DNA of 64,000 bases from Balanoglossus misakiensis (lineage: Eukaryota > Animalia > Hemichordata): contig CM082598.2 in assembly GCA_040954595.2 (NCBI GenBank), positions 9,687,097 through 9,751,096 of the forward strand. Direction: 5' to 3'. The notes under the pieces are model-generated. The model was given only the letters and a program-made list of their open reading frames with translations. It ran no database searches and was not told the DNA's origin. This document shows, piece by piece, positions 25,836 through 39,330 of this stretch. How positions within the stretch are numbered: position 1 is the stretch's first letter; each line of letters starts with the position of its first letter. The translations under genes were made by a program, and so were the position numbers.

Positions 25836-28106
25836 GTAGGATATGTGAATGATAGACTTTCTAATTAGTGTCATATTTCTGTACATGTAATTAGGCCCCC
25901 AACAATTATATGTGCTGTTCTGATTACATGGTTTTCAAAAATAGGGTAGGCAGGTAGGGAATTATTAGGGGACCAAGCGCCCTCAGGCGCTTGGTCCCCT
26001 TCTGTTATTGCTGGAGTTTTTCTTCTTTCTTCTTGAGTCGTTTTTTTGCTCCCGTTTTTCTCAAAATCGACGTGGCCTAGGACCTTGAAATTTGGCACGA
26101 TGGTTGGGGCCCATGAGTACTGGTGCACCTGCCCTTTGAATTTGTAATTAGTCACGTGACTTGGTGGCTATAATCGAGCGAAATTTTCAAATTGACCTAA
26201 TTTGCACGTTAATGGGGGCATGTACATTCTTTTCGCGATTTTTGTAGACCATGTGGCCAAAATCCCCTGTGCCAAATTTCAAGGTCCTAGGCCACGTCGA
26301 TTTTGAGAAGAAGATTTTTGTAATATTTTTCACATTTTTTGGTGGGCTGAGGACGGACACTGAAGCATCGGACTTTGACCGTCATTGCTGTAATGTTGTG
26401 GAGATCTCATTAGCAGGCTACTCACTTCTGGTGGGTTGCAGTAGTCCTTGGAAAATCGGCTGAAATACGTAAACTGACCAGTGATTATTTTCCACGGAAT
26501 GAATTTTGGGACAACACATTATCGGAGTTCAGGCTGTGTTAGGGCGTTTTATTGAATTACCCTGAGTTTGTTAGCTAATGCCGTTCAAATGTTTCTATCC
26601 AGACCCGGCTACACTGGTTAACATTCAATGTAATGCGGCGGCGGACTTTGACCCTCAGTCGCTAATGTGGCCGGAATACATCAGCAGACCAGTGATTTTC
26701 TTGCACGTAGGGAGTATGGTACCAGCAATAATCAGAGATCAGGCTTCGTTGCCGTTCAAAAGTTCCTACTTCAGTCGTGACGTTGGAACTGGACGTTCAG
26801 TATGGGGGTCGGCCCACAGGTGGCCGGTCGGGGTTATCAGGTCGCCCGTAATGGCACGCAGCTTCATGCAGCTGTATGGGACCAAAATACTAGTAATACG
26901 CCCGATTCGGGGGTCACCTGTGACACCTGCGTAACTCAATTATGTGCATGCGTAATTGTGGAGTCAATGAAAGGGATGCTAGCGTGGTATTTGTTGCACA
27001 TGGATCAATTTGAAGTCCGATTTTCCTGTCAAGTTATGGGCGACCTTATGTGACATTTCACCTACTTTTGCTTAGTGAGCATCCACAGCAGATGCATGCA
27101 GCTTTGGCGTTGGGGGTGGGGGGGGGGGCATATACGGATGGGACCATAATGATATACCAAAGGGGTCCCCTGTTGCACCTGCCTAAGTCATTGATTTTGT
27201 ATGTACATTTAATTGGACACTAACCAGCAGGACAATGTGTGTGGTTTTTGTTCCACAGGGACGAATGTAAGTGTCAGTTTGTTTTTGCCCAAATGTATAA
27301 GTTGATTTGGATGACCTCTGTCGTACAGTGCCATATCTCAGCCCGTTGTACAGGTGCAGCTTTGGTATTTGGAGGGATGAAACTATCATGAAATGTCAAA
27401 TACAAGGGGATACCTGCGACACCTGCTTGATTCATGTATTACGTGCATACCTAATGGTAGGCAAAGTGAAAGGGCTGCAAATGTAGGATTTGTTGCACAT
27501 GACATAAACAGGAATGAAATTTTTTTGTCAAATTTTTGGGTGACCTCAGGTGTCCATTGACCTGCTTTCCATATGTTAGCATGCACATCATATATAGCCA
27601 GGTGTTTGGAAGGGTAGGGTAGGACCCTCTGCGTCATGAAATGCTAAATTCCTGGGGCCACCTGTAACTTACTCGCGTAACTCATTATTATGGCCATATC
27701 TAATTTGACAAACCCAAACAGCGAGGATTTTCCGTTGTCTTGAATATGAACCAAATAAAATTCTAATTTTTGGCCCAATTTTTGGGTACCCTCAGCTGAC
27801 CTTTGAAGTATACTTACTGAAGTACTTACAACGTAGAAGTTCACCTTTGGTTGTTGTGTTTGTACTTGTAAGACATCCATTTCGGGTGGTTGCCTACTTC
27901 CCCATATCTATATATCCAGAGCAAATACAGCCTACGCATTTGAATGGTACAACCCTGAATGGAGTCTAATGGTTATTAACTCTATGCTTGGGCCCCTTCA
28001 ATGCTGCTTGCAGCTTTAATTTTATTTTTCATTTTTTTTAGGTCCCATTGGTATGTACCATGGGACCTTATGGGATCGGTTGCGTCTGTGTATGTATGTA
28101 TGTATG

Positions 28107-29198
28107 CAGTGTTTTCTCCAGGAGGCGCGATTGCGTGATTCCCCCTCTTTTACACTTGAATCGCCCTTTGTAACAAGTTCAGGGGGGCGACAATGGCCCC
28201 TTCGTGAGCAGCCCACCCGGCCAGTACATGCTCGTCCATAGCAGGCACCGTCAGTCAAAACACTAGGAAAACGGCCGATATTATTGCGTGCTGGCCTATA
28301 CATTTTAACTTCCCACCCCCCAAAACTATGTTGTAGACGACTTTCACATACAATTACTTGTAATTTAGCTCCAGGGTATAGTGTGCAATTAATGGAACAG
28401 CCAAAGAGTTCTATCTGGACACCGTCTAAATTTAGAGCACACATTCAAGTGAACTTGTTGTTATGGCGACCTTTGAAATTGGGTTGGCAGAACGTAACAA
28501 TTTTATGCAAATTAAAAGAACTGCGTTCATGCCATGGCGTCATCAAGAATGTATCAGTTTTCCAAGACCTGTTTTCTTACTTTGGAAGGAAAGTCATTCA
28601 ATATGTACAGTGACTATTTATTTGAGTAGTGTGCCTAGCCACAGATGGGGAAGTGTAGGCAGAAATCTGAAAGAAAATATACCACTTCAATTTATTCCAC
28701 TATTAATGGTTTCACAATCTAATATTTTGGCAGCTAAACTGAAACTTTTAAAATCAAACAAGATAATTTTTCCCAGGTATAGTATTAAAGAAAGACACTA
28801 TTGTTTTTGCAGTTGCATTTATTTTATTCATTTCACTCTCCTTGCCAGTCAATCTCCTACCACTTGTGTGAATAATTTCAGGAAAGTTATTTTCAGCTCT
28901 CCAGCATTTTTTAAATTACACGCCCTGAAAGTTTATGAAAGCTGGAGTGTTCCTCTGCAAATCCTACTAATTTAAAGTAGAAAAAAGCTGTACCTGTTAA
29001 TATGTTGTTAAGTTCACATGTAAAATTTTGTAGAAGGCAGTTGGTAAGTTAACATTCAAAATGGTCATTCCTTGATATTTACCTAATTAACATAAATTAT
29101 GCAAATCATGAGTCCCCCCTATTTTGACCAAATCCCCCCTTAATTTTGGACTAAGGGGGGACATTCCCCCTTCTCTCAACATCCTGGAGAAAACACTG
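28107..29198. mobile_element. hAT-like MITE inserted in a HINE microsatellite, apparent 6-bp TSD
   Basis: TIR cagtgttttctccagga / tcctggagaaaacactg; flanks tgtatg. Confidence 0.75.
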
Positions 29199-31049
29199 TG
29201 TATGGATGGATGTATGTCTGTATGTCTGTATGTCCGTCCACATCAACCGCTGCGCGTATGACCTCAATATTTGGTGTGTAGATGCAGGCAGGGCTGTAGA
29301 TGGGAGTTTGTTCAAATGAAGTCGTCATTGCCAAAAATATGCAAATTAGCTGGGAAAATGTGAAATTGGTCAAAACTCAAAAACTCGACAACCACTGGTC
29401 ATATTGATTTGAAAATTGGTATGCATGTACCTTATGTCAACCTCATACAGTCCTGTATGTTTTGAGCTAATATTATCGATTATCTATTGGTAAAAAGTCT
29501 TCATTTCTGAAAGTGATGGGCTTACTTCTTTGAAATTTAGTATGAAGCTTCCTAATGGTTGTCTGAGTAACCATAGTTTTGTTCAAATTGTTGCAAAATT
29601 TGCATATTTATAATTTTGAGCAATATTTGCCATTTTTGGTCAAAATTTTTTTTCTTTAAACCGCATGCCAGATTGCTTTGCAATTTGGTAGGCATGTTCG
29701 TAGGGGTAACCTAAGTAATATGTTGTAAAAAAATGTGATATTTGTATAAATGTGTTATCGATGAAACTTTTGCAATTTTGTCAAAAATTGTTTTCTCTGA
29801 AACCGCTTGTCATATTGCATTGAACTTTGGCAGCATGTTCCTTGTAGTGATTGAAGTAAGATATTGTACAATTTTGGTGATATTTGCATATTTGTGTTTT
29901 TGCCACTTTAGAACAAATATTTTCTGTGAAACTGCTTGTTGGATTGCTTTGAAATTTGTTTTTTTCTCTGATTGCTTTGAAATTTATGATACAATTTCAT
30001 AACACATACATGTTTATGTGCAACTTTTATTGAATTCTGATATCAGAAATATTCAATATTTAGCGATTTTTTGTAAGTTTCTTTGTTTTTGGTTAGCCAA
30101 TCTTCTCTTAAACTAATTGTCCAGTTGTTCTGAAAGTTACTGTTTACAAGGAGTTGTTACCCCCAACTTAGACATGTTTACATAACTTTAATAGGCCAGC
30201 TGTTACATACAGAGACCACCAGCTATTAAATTTTTAATTACCAGTGGCAGGTCAGTGAGCGTCTCTGTGTGTCTGTCTGTCTGTCTGTTCCAGGGCTGAC
30301 TGAAAGAAGTTGCTTCTTATATGTGTACATACAATTTTTGGTCAAAAATAAATGTTTCTAGCACCACTTGTAAGACTGCTATGACACATGACAGCTTATT
30401 GGGCATGTTCCTTGTTTGTTTTTTTACATTCCATATTTGTATGTGATTAGATCATATCTGCTTGCAATGTCACCTGTACTTTTTATTCTGGTGTATCCCT
30501 ATTTCTGCATAATCCTCAAATGGGACCACAATGTCCTTGACGCTATTTTTATTTCTCTGGCCGCCGTAGTGTAGAAGAATGACGTTATAGTTCTTGCGTG
30601 ATGCACGCGATTTTGTCATAGATCTCATGTGATTCGCACAATTTTCATAAATTTTGTATATTTGAAACTGTAAAAGGTTTAGGGGCGGCAGGTTAAAATT
30701 AGGGTAGGTCAGGTAATCGGAACAGCACATATTTTTTTTATTTTGGCCTTACTGCACTTAATTTGTTGGAACATGGTTCAATTATTGAACTAAAACAGAT
30801 GTATGTGTTTTAGTGCAAATCCTACAGGTGGGAGATTGAAGTTTACCCCTGTCATCAGTGTGCCGTCTAATCCCATATGATGCGCCACTGACTCAACAAA
30901 CTCACTGGTGACTCAACAAGGTATAGGGCTGGCTCAGAGAAATTTTCAAAAATCCTCAAATTGACTCAAAGCTTTTAAATATTATGTTTAATGTTAGAGG
31001 GCACACTGTCTGTCATACCACTCCACCCTGTTTTGTGCATGAAGGTTAA

Positions 31050-31234
31050 AGGTATACAGTCACCTCCAATTTACATACGCCCATATTTGGCTGAAATGGC
31101 GTATTTGAGTGTTCTAAAGAACATATGGTGGCGCTCTATTTTCCGCGTGTGCCACCCACTGAAAATCAGCGATTGGCTAGATCTCAATTTACCATGGTAA
31201 CTGTGGCTAAAATTGCGTAGGTGACCGTATACCT
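31050..31234. mobile_element. Short Kolobok-like MITE, TTAA TSD
   Basis: ttaa|aggtatacagtcacct ... aggtgaccgtatacct|ttaa. Confidence 0.75.
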
Positions 31235-32054
31235 TTAATGAAAAGGAATTTTAAATCTGTCTAGACTTAACATGTTACAATATTAGAAGTTGTTGAATCA
31301 GTGTGTCAGTGCTCAGGTTTCTGGTATGTAGTGCATGTTGGTTTGGTTGCATCTGCTCAACTATATGTCATTTTTTGATAATTTTAAATTACTGGCCAAG
31401 TGCTTTAAAATGTCGTGCAATAAAGCTCGATAATTACTCAAGTAATGTCATCAACCAGCTCAACCCCCTCGGTTGACCATTATCAAAGGTTAGAGTGGTC
31501 TTTTGCATCATTACAAGTTTGCAATGTGTGTGTATGTTTGCTCTTTGGGTGAATACATAATGTGGCGCAGGTTATGTTCCATCATCCGTCAAGTGGGATA
31601 GCAAGTTTGGGATACCGGTATGTGGTCCTTGAGAACACAGTCCCTCAAGAAAGTGTGGAGGGACTGTGTTGAGAATAAGTGTGGCTTGCTCTGTTACTAG
31701 TGGTGTGATACACTGTGCTCCATTCAAAGACTTTTACTTCGATATCAAATGACGTCAGGCGCGCTCAGGTGCAGTTACGTTTGCACTCAAATTTCCATAT
31801 GACGGGCAACTTCAACAACGTGATGCAGACAAAGACTGAGCAGATGAAACGCCATGAGGCTGATGAGGCACCATGCCTATTACATTTTAAGTGTCTGGTG
31901 GTTCTGGAGTATAAACATACCGGGAATAACTTTTACTGGATGTCGAAACATTGTTTGCCTGTCACCCGGAAATGACAATGCAGTGGGTCACATGACCAGA
32001 TCACCTGATTGCTATTAAAGAGTAATTTGCACTTGTCTGGTTGTTTTTTCACAG

Positions 32055-32258
32055 GATCTTGGTAAAGCCCTAGCTATACAGACTGTTGTATTTAACTGCT
32101 CAGATCAGTTAGATTTCATGGCCATGGGAAAGTTCTTCAAAGGTTTGGCTAGCTCTGGTGCCTGGGCTTGTTTTGATGAATTCAATCGTATTGACATTGA
32201 AGTACTTTCAGTAGTGGCACAACAAATCACCACGATTCAGAAAGCACAACAGCAAAGG
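32055..32258 (+). CDS. DNAH1: Dynein heavy chain exon P (DLGKALAIQ...[17 protein letters not shown]...QQR), AAA1 Walker B
   Basis: tcacag acceptor, agg|gtaaga donor. Confidence 0.96.
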
Positions 32259-32481
32259 GTAAGAGACACTTATTTTGCCTTTAAACTCCAGTCTCTCTGT
32301 GACCTAGACTTTACAACATACACCCAGGGTGCACTTTTAGTGTACTCCAAACTACATTAATTGAATTCATGGTCACTATTTTATTATTAATTTTTAGGTC
32401 CCATTTGGTTTATATGTATATATATACCATGGGACCGTATGGGATCAGTTGCGTCTGTCTGTATGTCTGTCTGTCTGTATG

Positions 32482-34136
32482 TGTGTATGTATGTATGTAT
32501 GTATGTATTAAGTAAGGGCAGCTGGAGAAACAACCATTCGAACCACATATTTCATAATAATGTATGCATGTACATGTATATAATCATCCAACACATACAT
32601 CCTTACAGTGTTACACATTTAATACCTGTATTTTGTGGTAAGTTTAGAGATTGATAGAGAAATAATAAAGGTTCCATCTGACTTACCAGGTATGTCTTTG
32701 AAGTACTTGACACACTTATGCATAGTTCTGAAGGATTCTGAGACGGTCCTTTCACACTGTTCTGCATCAATGGACGTAAGTGGATCATTCATCCAGCTCT
32801 CGTGCCATTTCAACCAATCAGAGGTTGTCAGCCAAAGATTCTTGAAAGGTTCAAAATCTTTGATGAGTCTGGCAAGTTTGTCATACTGCAAGTCAAGTGA
32901 AAAACAATAATGTTCACGTGGGGATTTACTTTATTTCAAATGACTTCTTTACCCATATAACTTAGTAAAACTGCAGACACTATTACTAAAATTTCTAATC
33001 ATATCTGTATCCACATGGGGTGGTGGCGTATGTTACCTACAACATTTAAAAGCCCTATTTCTCATTGTGGACGGTATAGAGAAATGTCGCAGTAATTAAC
33101 CTTGACTAAATATTTCATGATAAAATGGCTGTTAGCAGCCATATTAGACTGCAACACATGACTGACTACATACAAATGTATGTACAGTATGTCCATAATA
33201 CATTTCCCCAGTGTTTTTGCTAAGATTTGGGAACATTGGTAAACCCTGGTAAAAGATTTTGTCTTCCTATTAACATTTTTATTTACTTTTTATTTATTTA
33301 TTTAATTTTATTTTTAATAATGCCTACCAAGGGGATCCTAGTAAAATGTCTGTTGCACTCCAGAACGATTTTCCAGGGTATTACCCTTAAAAAAACTATT
33401 GCTGTCCTTACACCAAATTTGAATGAAACTGATTCATGCAAATTGCTGATTAATGGCTCTGGACATGGAAAATGACAGCCAGACATCCATAGTGGATCGT
33501 GTTGCAATGTAAATTTCCATGCATGAGTGTGACTGTAAAATGACACTGTGCAAAGTTTGAATGATATACCTGAGAATACTCAGTGTTCTCCACATGAATT
33601 TCTGATATCTTAGTTAATAACTGTTATGTTAATTAAGTTGTATTGTCTTTTCAAAATTGAAAGTTGTGGCCACTACGCTTTAATTGCTCTGGGGAGAACA
33701 CTGATACTAATAGCTCTAACTACCCAGATGCAGTGTGTGGTTATCACTTCTGATAGCCTTATATGTAGAATTTCGAGAAAACAGTGTTAGAATATTGTCA
33801 TGTTCTTGAAATTTTCACAAAAGGTACCAAAAGAGAAGCTTACTGTGATATAAAGAAAACATTATGTCACCGACTGATTATTTTTAATTTTCTCCATAGG
33901 AAAACTATAGCTTAAGCAGTGAGAAAAGTGCTGACTCAGCATTTTCTGCAATATTTGCAATAACTGAAAAAGTGGCATGGGAGCACCGTTTTCTCACTTC
34001 AGTTGCTTTTAGCCTGCATTGATAAACAATATCTATAAAAATCAGGAAAATGACAATATTTTAAGTTATGAGTAGTCATCTACCTTAAAATGTTTGAAAA
34101 GCACAGAGTTTGTAGCAAACATAAACTTTTCATATA
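32482..34136 (-). repeat. Inverted segmental copy of 9750-11330 + 11645-~11720, including antisense exon G (32687-32885)
   Basis: ORF 32619-32891(-) identical to 10995-11267(+); positions map as x to 43886-x from 9750 to 11330; only a few substitutions seen. Confidence 0.95.
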
Positions 34137-34290
34137 TGGATGGATGGATGGATGTCTGTCTGTATGTCCGTCCACATCAAAAACTTGAAGACCGCTGCGT
34201 GTATCACCTTGATATTTGGTGTGCAGATGCAGGCCGGGCTGAAGATGGGAGTTTGTTCAAATGAAGTTGTCATTGCCAATATGCAAATTA

Positions 34291-34706
34291 GGCCAGAGAG
34301 AAAAAAAAACTTGTTCATCGGATTTTTTGGACCTAGTTCCAGGAGCGGCGAGCGAAAATTTTTATTTTTATTTTTTTTTATGCTGAAGGTAAATGCGGTT
34401 CTCTGGCATATTTGCACAGATGCAGATAAGGCGAGATAATTGTTTCCCTTTTTTACCAGAAATATCTCAGACAAAAACACTGATACATGTACTTGTAACT
34501 GAATTCAATACTATATTTCCCAACAATAACATAGGCCATTACATTTACAGTTGGTGCTTGCACAACATATTCTGGCCACCAGCGTTGGTACTAAGAATTT
34601 TGTAACGCAGAAGTAGAATTTGCCGAGATCAAAAAAAAAAAAAATTCCAAATCAGCCAAAGTAGAAGCGGCGATTCCGATGAACAATTTATTTTTTCTTC
34701 CTGGCC
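34291..34706. mobile_element. MITE with GGCC termini and TTA TSD (Zator- or PIF/Harbinger-like)
   Basis: tta|ggccag...ctggcc|tta interrupting host atgcaaattagctggg. Confidence 0.7.
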
Positions 34707-35353
34707 TTAGCTGGGAAAATGTGAACTTGGTCAAAACTCATAAACTCAACAACCACTGGTCAGATTGATTTGAAAGTGGGTATGCATGTACCTTATGTCT
34801 ACCTCAAACAGTCCTGTATGTTTTGAGCTTAAATTAGCAATTTTCTATTTTTTTTGCATTTTTTTGTATTTTTCCACATTATTGGTTAAAAATCTTCATT
34901 TCTGAAAGTGATAGACCTACTTCTTTGAAATTTAGTACGAACCTTCCCAAAGGTTGTCATAGTTTAGTTCAAATTGTTGCAAAATTTTTGGTCGAATTTG
35001 TTTTTCTTTAAAACCGCAGGCCAGATTGCTTTGCAATTTGGTAGGCATGTTCGTAGGGTTAACCTATTAGTAATATGTTGTTAAAAAAATGTGATATTTG
35101 CATAAATGTGTTATTGGGGAAATTTTTGCAATTTTTGTCTAAAATTGTTTTCTCTGAAACCGCTTATCACATTGCATTGAACTTTGACTGGCCTGTTCCA
35201 GTTCCTTGTAGTGATTGAAGTAAGATATTGTACAATTTTGGTGATATTTGCATATTTGTGTTTTTGCCACTTTTGAACAAATATTTTCTGTGAAACTGCT
35301 TGTTAGATTGCTTTGAAATTTGTTTTTTCTCTGATTGCTTTGGAATTTAGGAT

Positions 35354-36120
35354 ATTATCACATGAACTGGCCCATATTACCACCTGTGTGACGTAGACCA
35401 GGACAGATCAAAAATCCATATCACCCCTGTTCTACGTCATCAACTGGAACTATTTCCACCGATTCACCGCAGCTTTGTTGTCAAACAGAAAAAGTACCTG
35501 CATTTACAATACAGGAATGAAATAAAACAATGACGGTTCCATGACAATATCGCTTTGTAAGCTCAAAACAGGAAGGTTGAATTCAGAAAGAAGACAGTAG
35601 ACACAAGGATCATGGACGCCTGTGGCTGTCATGGTCTGGGGTCCTGGTACATAGCCTAGGTGCAAGTCCAGTACGTCCCGAGCCCGGGTCCCAAGTCGAA
35701 TCAGCGTGGGGAATTGTTTCTAGCCAGTTCAGTGTGACGACTGAACTTCTATATTCCACCGGCCAACGAAATGTATAAGACGTAGCAACAAGTCGCTGTA
35801 AAATTGTTAGAGAATCGATTACATTTGTGTAACTGTAAGGCCGAACTTGGACGGCGAACAGAACTTAACGGGACAACTTGTTGGGAGATTTTATGAATGA
35901 TCAGCGATAGTTCATCATTTGCATATCTTGTGGGGGAAAATAATGATAAATCCTGCTTAGTAAAATATGAGGCTGCTCCAATATTGTAGCAAGATACAGG
36001 ATTTTTTATTCGTGCCTATTCTAACGAAAAATAAGAAGACTGTTCATGTGATAAATATATACTCTTATACGATGACGTCAAACTTTTCAAGAAAGAAAGA
36101 TATCATGGGATTATATTTAA
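35354..36120. mobile_element. Probable Crypton-like non-autonomous element
   Basis: IR ttatcacatgaac / gttcatgtgataa; absent from the sister HINE copy near 29990; starts ttaa on minus strand; terminal hairpin weak. Confidence 0.45.
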
Positions 36121-36783
36121 CTAACTTTAATAGGCCAGCTGTTACAGAGACCACCAGCTATTAAATTTTTAATTACCAGTGGCAGGTCAGTGAGCATCTT
36201 TGTCTGTGTGTGTGTGTCTGTGTGTCTGTCTGTTCCAGGGCTGATTGAAAGAAGATGCTTGTCATATGTGTTTGTACAGACAATATTTGGTCAAAAACTT
36301 TTTTTCTAGCATCACTTGTAAGACTGCCATGACACAGGACAGTTTATTGGGCACGTTCCTTGTTAATTTTTTACATTCCCTATTTCTATATGATTAGATC
36401 ATATCTGCTTGCAGTGTCACCTGTAATTTTTATTCTGGTGTATCCCTATTTCTGCGTAATCCTCAAATGGGACCACAGTTTCCTTGACGCTGTTTTTTAT
36501 TAAACGTCCAAAGTGTAACAAAAGAAATCTGTGCAAAAAAGGACAAAGAAAACAACCAGGCAACAGAGTTGACAGCAGTTTAACAGGTCCATTAAAGTCT
36601 CTCTCTCGCTGCCTTTTTCCATTAATTATGTTTGATACAAGACTCCATTTATGTTAAGGAAATGTACGTTCAGTAAAATTGAAAGTATTGTCATTTTTTT
36701 TTATTGTGGATTTTTGGATTCTCCTTTGTATGTATAATGAAATTCCGTAATAAAATATAGGGGTCACCGCGCTTGTTTTTGAC

Positions 36784-37203
36784 TAGACTCTATGGCAGTC
36801 GCTGTGCCTGTCGATAAGGAATGGAACTTTCGCACGACGCGCCGCCAGGCAAAGCGACTGTACGTTTCTGTACACATATCTTTGATATGAATATTCATGA
36901 GTGGCGATAATACGCATATAGAACATCTAGAAGCGCACACAAGCTCGTGATAACGTCCAAAAATGCGTATTCTGTACGTGGTATGTACGCGTATAGAACA
37001 TCATGTTGACGCGACGCTAATTTGATTGACAGACATATGAAGTTCGAATGTTCTCCGCTACTTACCAAGATCTTTTAAAACCACTTGAGGGCGTTTACAG
37101 AATCGGCAAGACTGTGTGATTAGCATCGCGTCCACAGGACGTTCTATATGTAACGCGGACGCGCATTTCATTTTCAGTATCACACAGTCTTGGAGCAAGA
37201 CTA
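36784..37203. mobile_element. Academ-like non-autonomous element, 9-bp TSD
   Basis: gtttttgac|tagac...gacta|gtttttgac; nested in a Kolobok-like MITE (~36658-37502). Confidence 0.75.
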
Positions 37204-37979
37204 GTTTTTGACATACAGAGCTATGAATTTAGTCGATAATAGAAGAAAACTGCTGACTCAGCATTTTTCACCAATGGTTTGTCTATGGGCAAAATTTTTA
37301 ACGCAATTTATCTCAAAATAGAGCGTGGTGACCCCTATTTTTTCTTTGACCAATGAATTTATATTTACTGGACTGAGCTTTGTGTTAAATTTCGTGAAAA
37401 TGACAATAGTAGAAGTTTGTTTTCTAGCGATTATCAATGTAATAATATGGGAAAAAGATGGGTGCACGCAGTTTTCCGGTTTATGTTGTGCGTGTACATC
37501 CTTAATATACATGTGGATATATAGTGAATCAAAATTCAACCCACACAATTTCTATCCCGTTTGTATACACGAGAGTGAAAAAAAAACACCCGCCAAAATG
37601 AATAATCAGTCTCTACCATTTATTCATTTTTGGCGAGTTTTTGCTCTCATATTCCAGAAAAGGGATGCAAGTTGTGTGTTGTCGAACATTGATTGACTGT
37701 ATATCCACATGGTTGAATAACATAAACAGTGTTTTGTATCAAACATAATAAATCGAAACAGGGCAGCGAGAGAGTGACTTTGTCCCTTTAACACTTATTT
37801 CTCAATTGTTCCATCTAATAGTAAAATTCAAGACTCTGGTGGTATATTTGGCAAGAATAAACTGTTGATCACTTTACTAAGTACCACATAAGTGGCTTTC
37901 ATACTGATAGCCCAAGTAAACTTTCTAAAATGAAAATAGTGTCAAATAGTGACGGACATGTCGTTGGTTGTACTTTTAG

Positions 37980-38093
37980 ATGGATAGATTTATGTTTGAA
38001 GGTGTTGAGATTGCTTTGAAAGCATCATGTGCTGTCTTCATTACAATGAACCCTGGATATGCTGGTAGAACTGAGTTACCTGACAATCTTAAG
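37980..38093 (+). CDS. DNAH1: Dynein heavy chain exon Q (MDRFMFEG...[19 protein letters not shown]); not in ORF track
   Basis: ttttag acceptor, aag|gtaaga donor; AAA1 sensor-I motif. Confidence 0.95.
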
Positions 38094-38333
38094 GTAAGAA
38101 TACTTCAGTATTATATGTTGAATGCAAGCCATATTGGCTCTCATTAAGAAATTCGGTGCATTTTCCCACGGTGGCGGCCATATTCCTTTGTGGCAAAGCT
38201 TTATTATTTATCTGGTTAAAACTTGCATTTGCACTCATACAATAGAGTTTATAATACTTGTATACTTCAGTACATACATCTTTATGACAACATTACATTC
38301 ATTGATAAAACAAAATACTTATCTCTATATCAG

Positions 38334-38483
38334 GCACTGTTCCGCCCAGTAGCCATGATGGTACCAGATTATGCCATGATTGCTGAGATATCTCTCTACT
38401 CTTTTGGATTTGGTGATGCTAGAGCACTGTCGAAGAAAATTGTGACCACATTCAAGCTGTCTTCTGAACAGCTTAGTTCACAG
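38334..38483 (+). CDS. DNAH1: Dynein heavy chain exon R ([13 protein letters not shown]...SEQLSSQ)
   Basis: tatcag acceptor, cag|gttagt donor. Confidence 0.95.
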
Positions 38484-39033
38484 GTTAGTATTTAAAACCT
38501 CTAGAGCTGCCACTTTTTGCATTATTTTCATGATTTTATTTTCCAACTTAAATTGGTACATCTAAATAAGCTTACTGATAGGTATACCGTTACACGAACA
38601 CCTTATCCATGCCCAATTGTGACTGCATGTTGCAATTTGAACAATGCTATGTATTAAAATGGTGCCGCACCGATTTAATCAGCCTCCATACAAACAGTAC
38701 ACAGCTATTGTGGTATACATAGCCAAGAGATGACAAACTGATGCAAATGCAAGTAATATGGCTAAATGGTGAAAATTTTAGAGATATTTGAAGTATTGTA
38801 CTGTGGAAAAAAATATGTGAAATTTGGCAGCTAAAGGGGCATTAAAGAATCAAGTTTTTGTTTGGGGTTAGTTGTATTGAGGGGGTTACTGTCTGAGTGG
38901 GTCTGAAAGTTGACACATTTTTCTGGAGTTCTACTCCAAAGTTAATAATTTTATGGGCAGGATTGTGTACAGAATCATAAGGGCAAATTCTCTGTATCTT
39001 TTTATACATGTATACACATATTTTTGCCATCCA

Positions 39034-39330
39034 ATACCAGGTTCACACAGGGTAAAATTTGATACACTATTTGCCTATGGTAAACACAGAGCATTAATCC
39101 TTTCAGTCGCGGTGTGTCCACACACACAAAGTTTATGTATAGGTACTGAGGCTCGGCCCCATAGCCAATGGGTTGCGGAGAGGTGTTAATCCTTACACCA
39201 GCTCAGGTCTGGCCGGCAAAGCCGTCTCAAATCGAAGCCATTTCAGAACCACTATACACCGTCCATACATGTTATTTAAAATGGTATTTGATCTGAGAGG
39301 CTTCAGAACCCTCTTAATGGTGTGTGTGTT
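39034..39330 (+). repeat. Dispersed repeat 'ataccaggttcacacagggtaaaatttgag' (copies near 25481, 43161 with inverted partner to 43273, 58182, 63544, 63692)
   Basis: Same 5' sequence recurs at least six times. Confidence 0.75.

Noticed and set aside
28022-28975. Long ORFs (140 and 170 aa) inside the hAT-like MITE
   Set aside because: No transposase or other recognisable motifs; likely chance ORFs.
32619-32891. Minus-strand ORF as a second dynein gene
   Set aside because: Single duplicated exon with copied intron flanks; no other minus-strand dynein exons.
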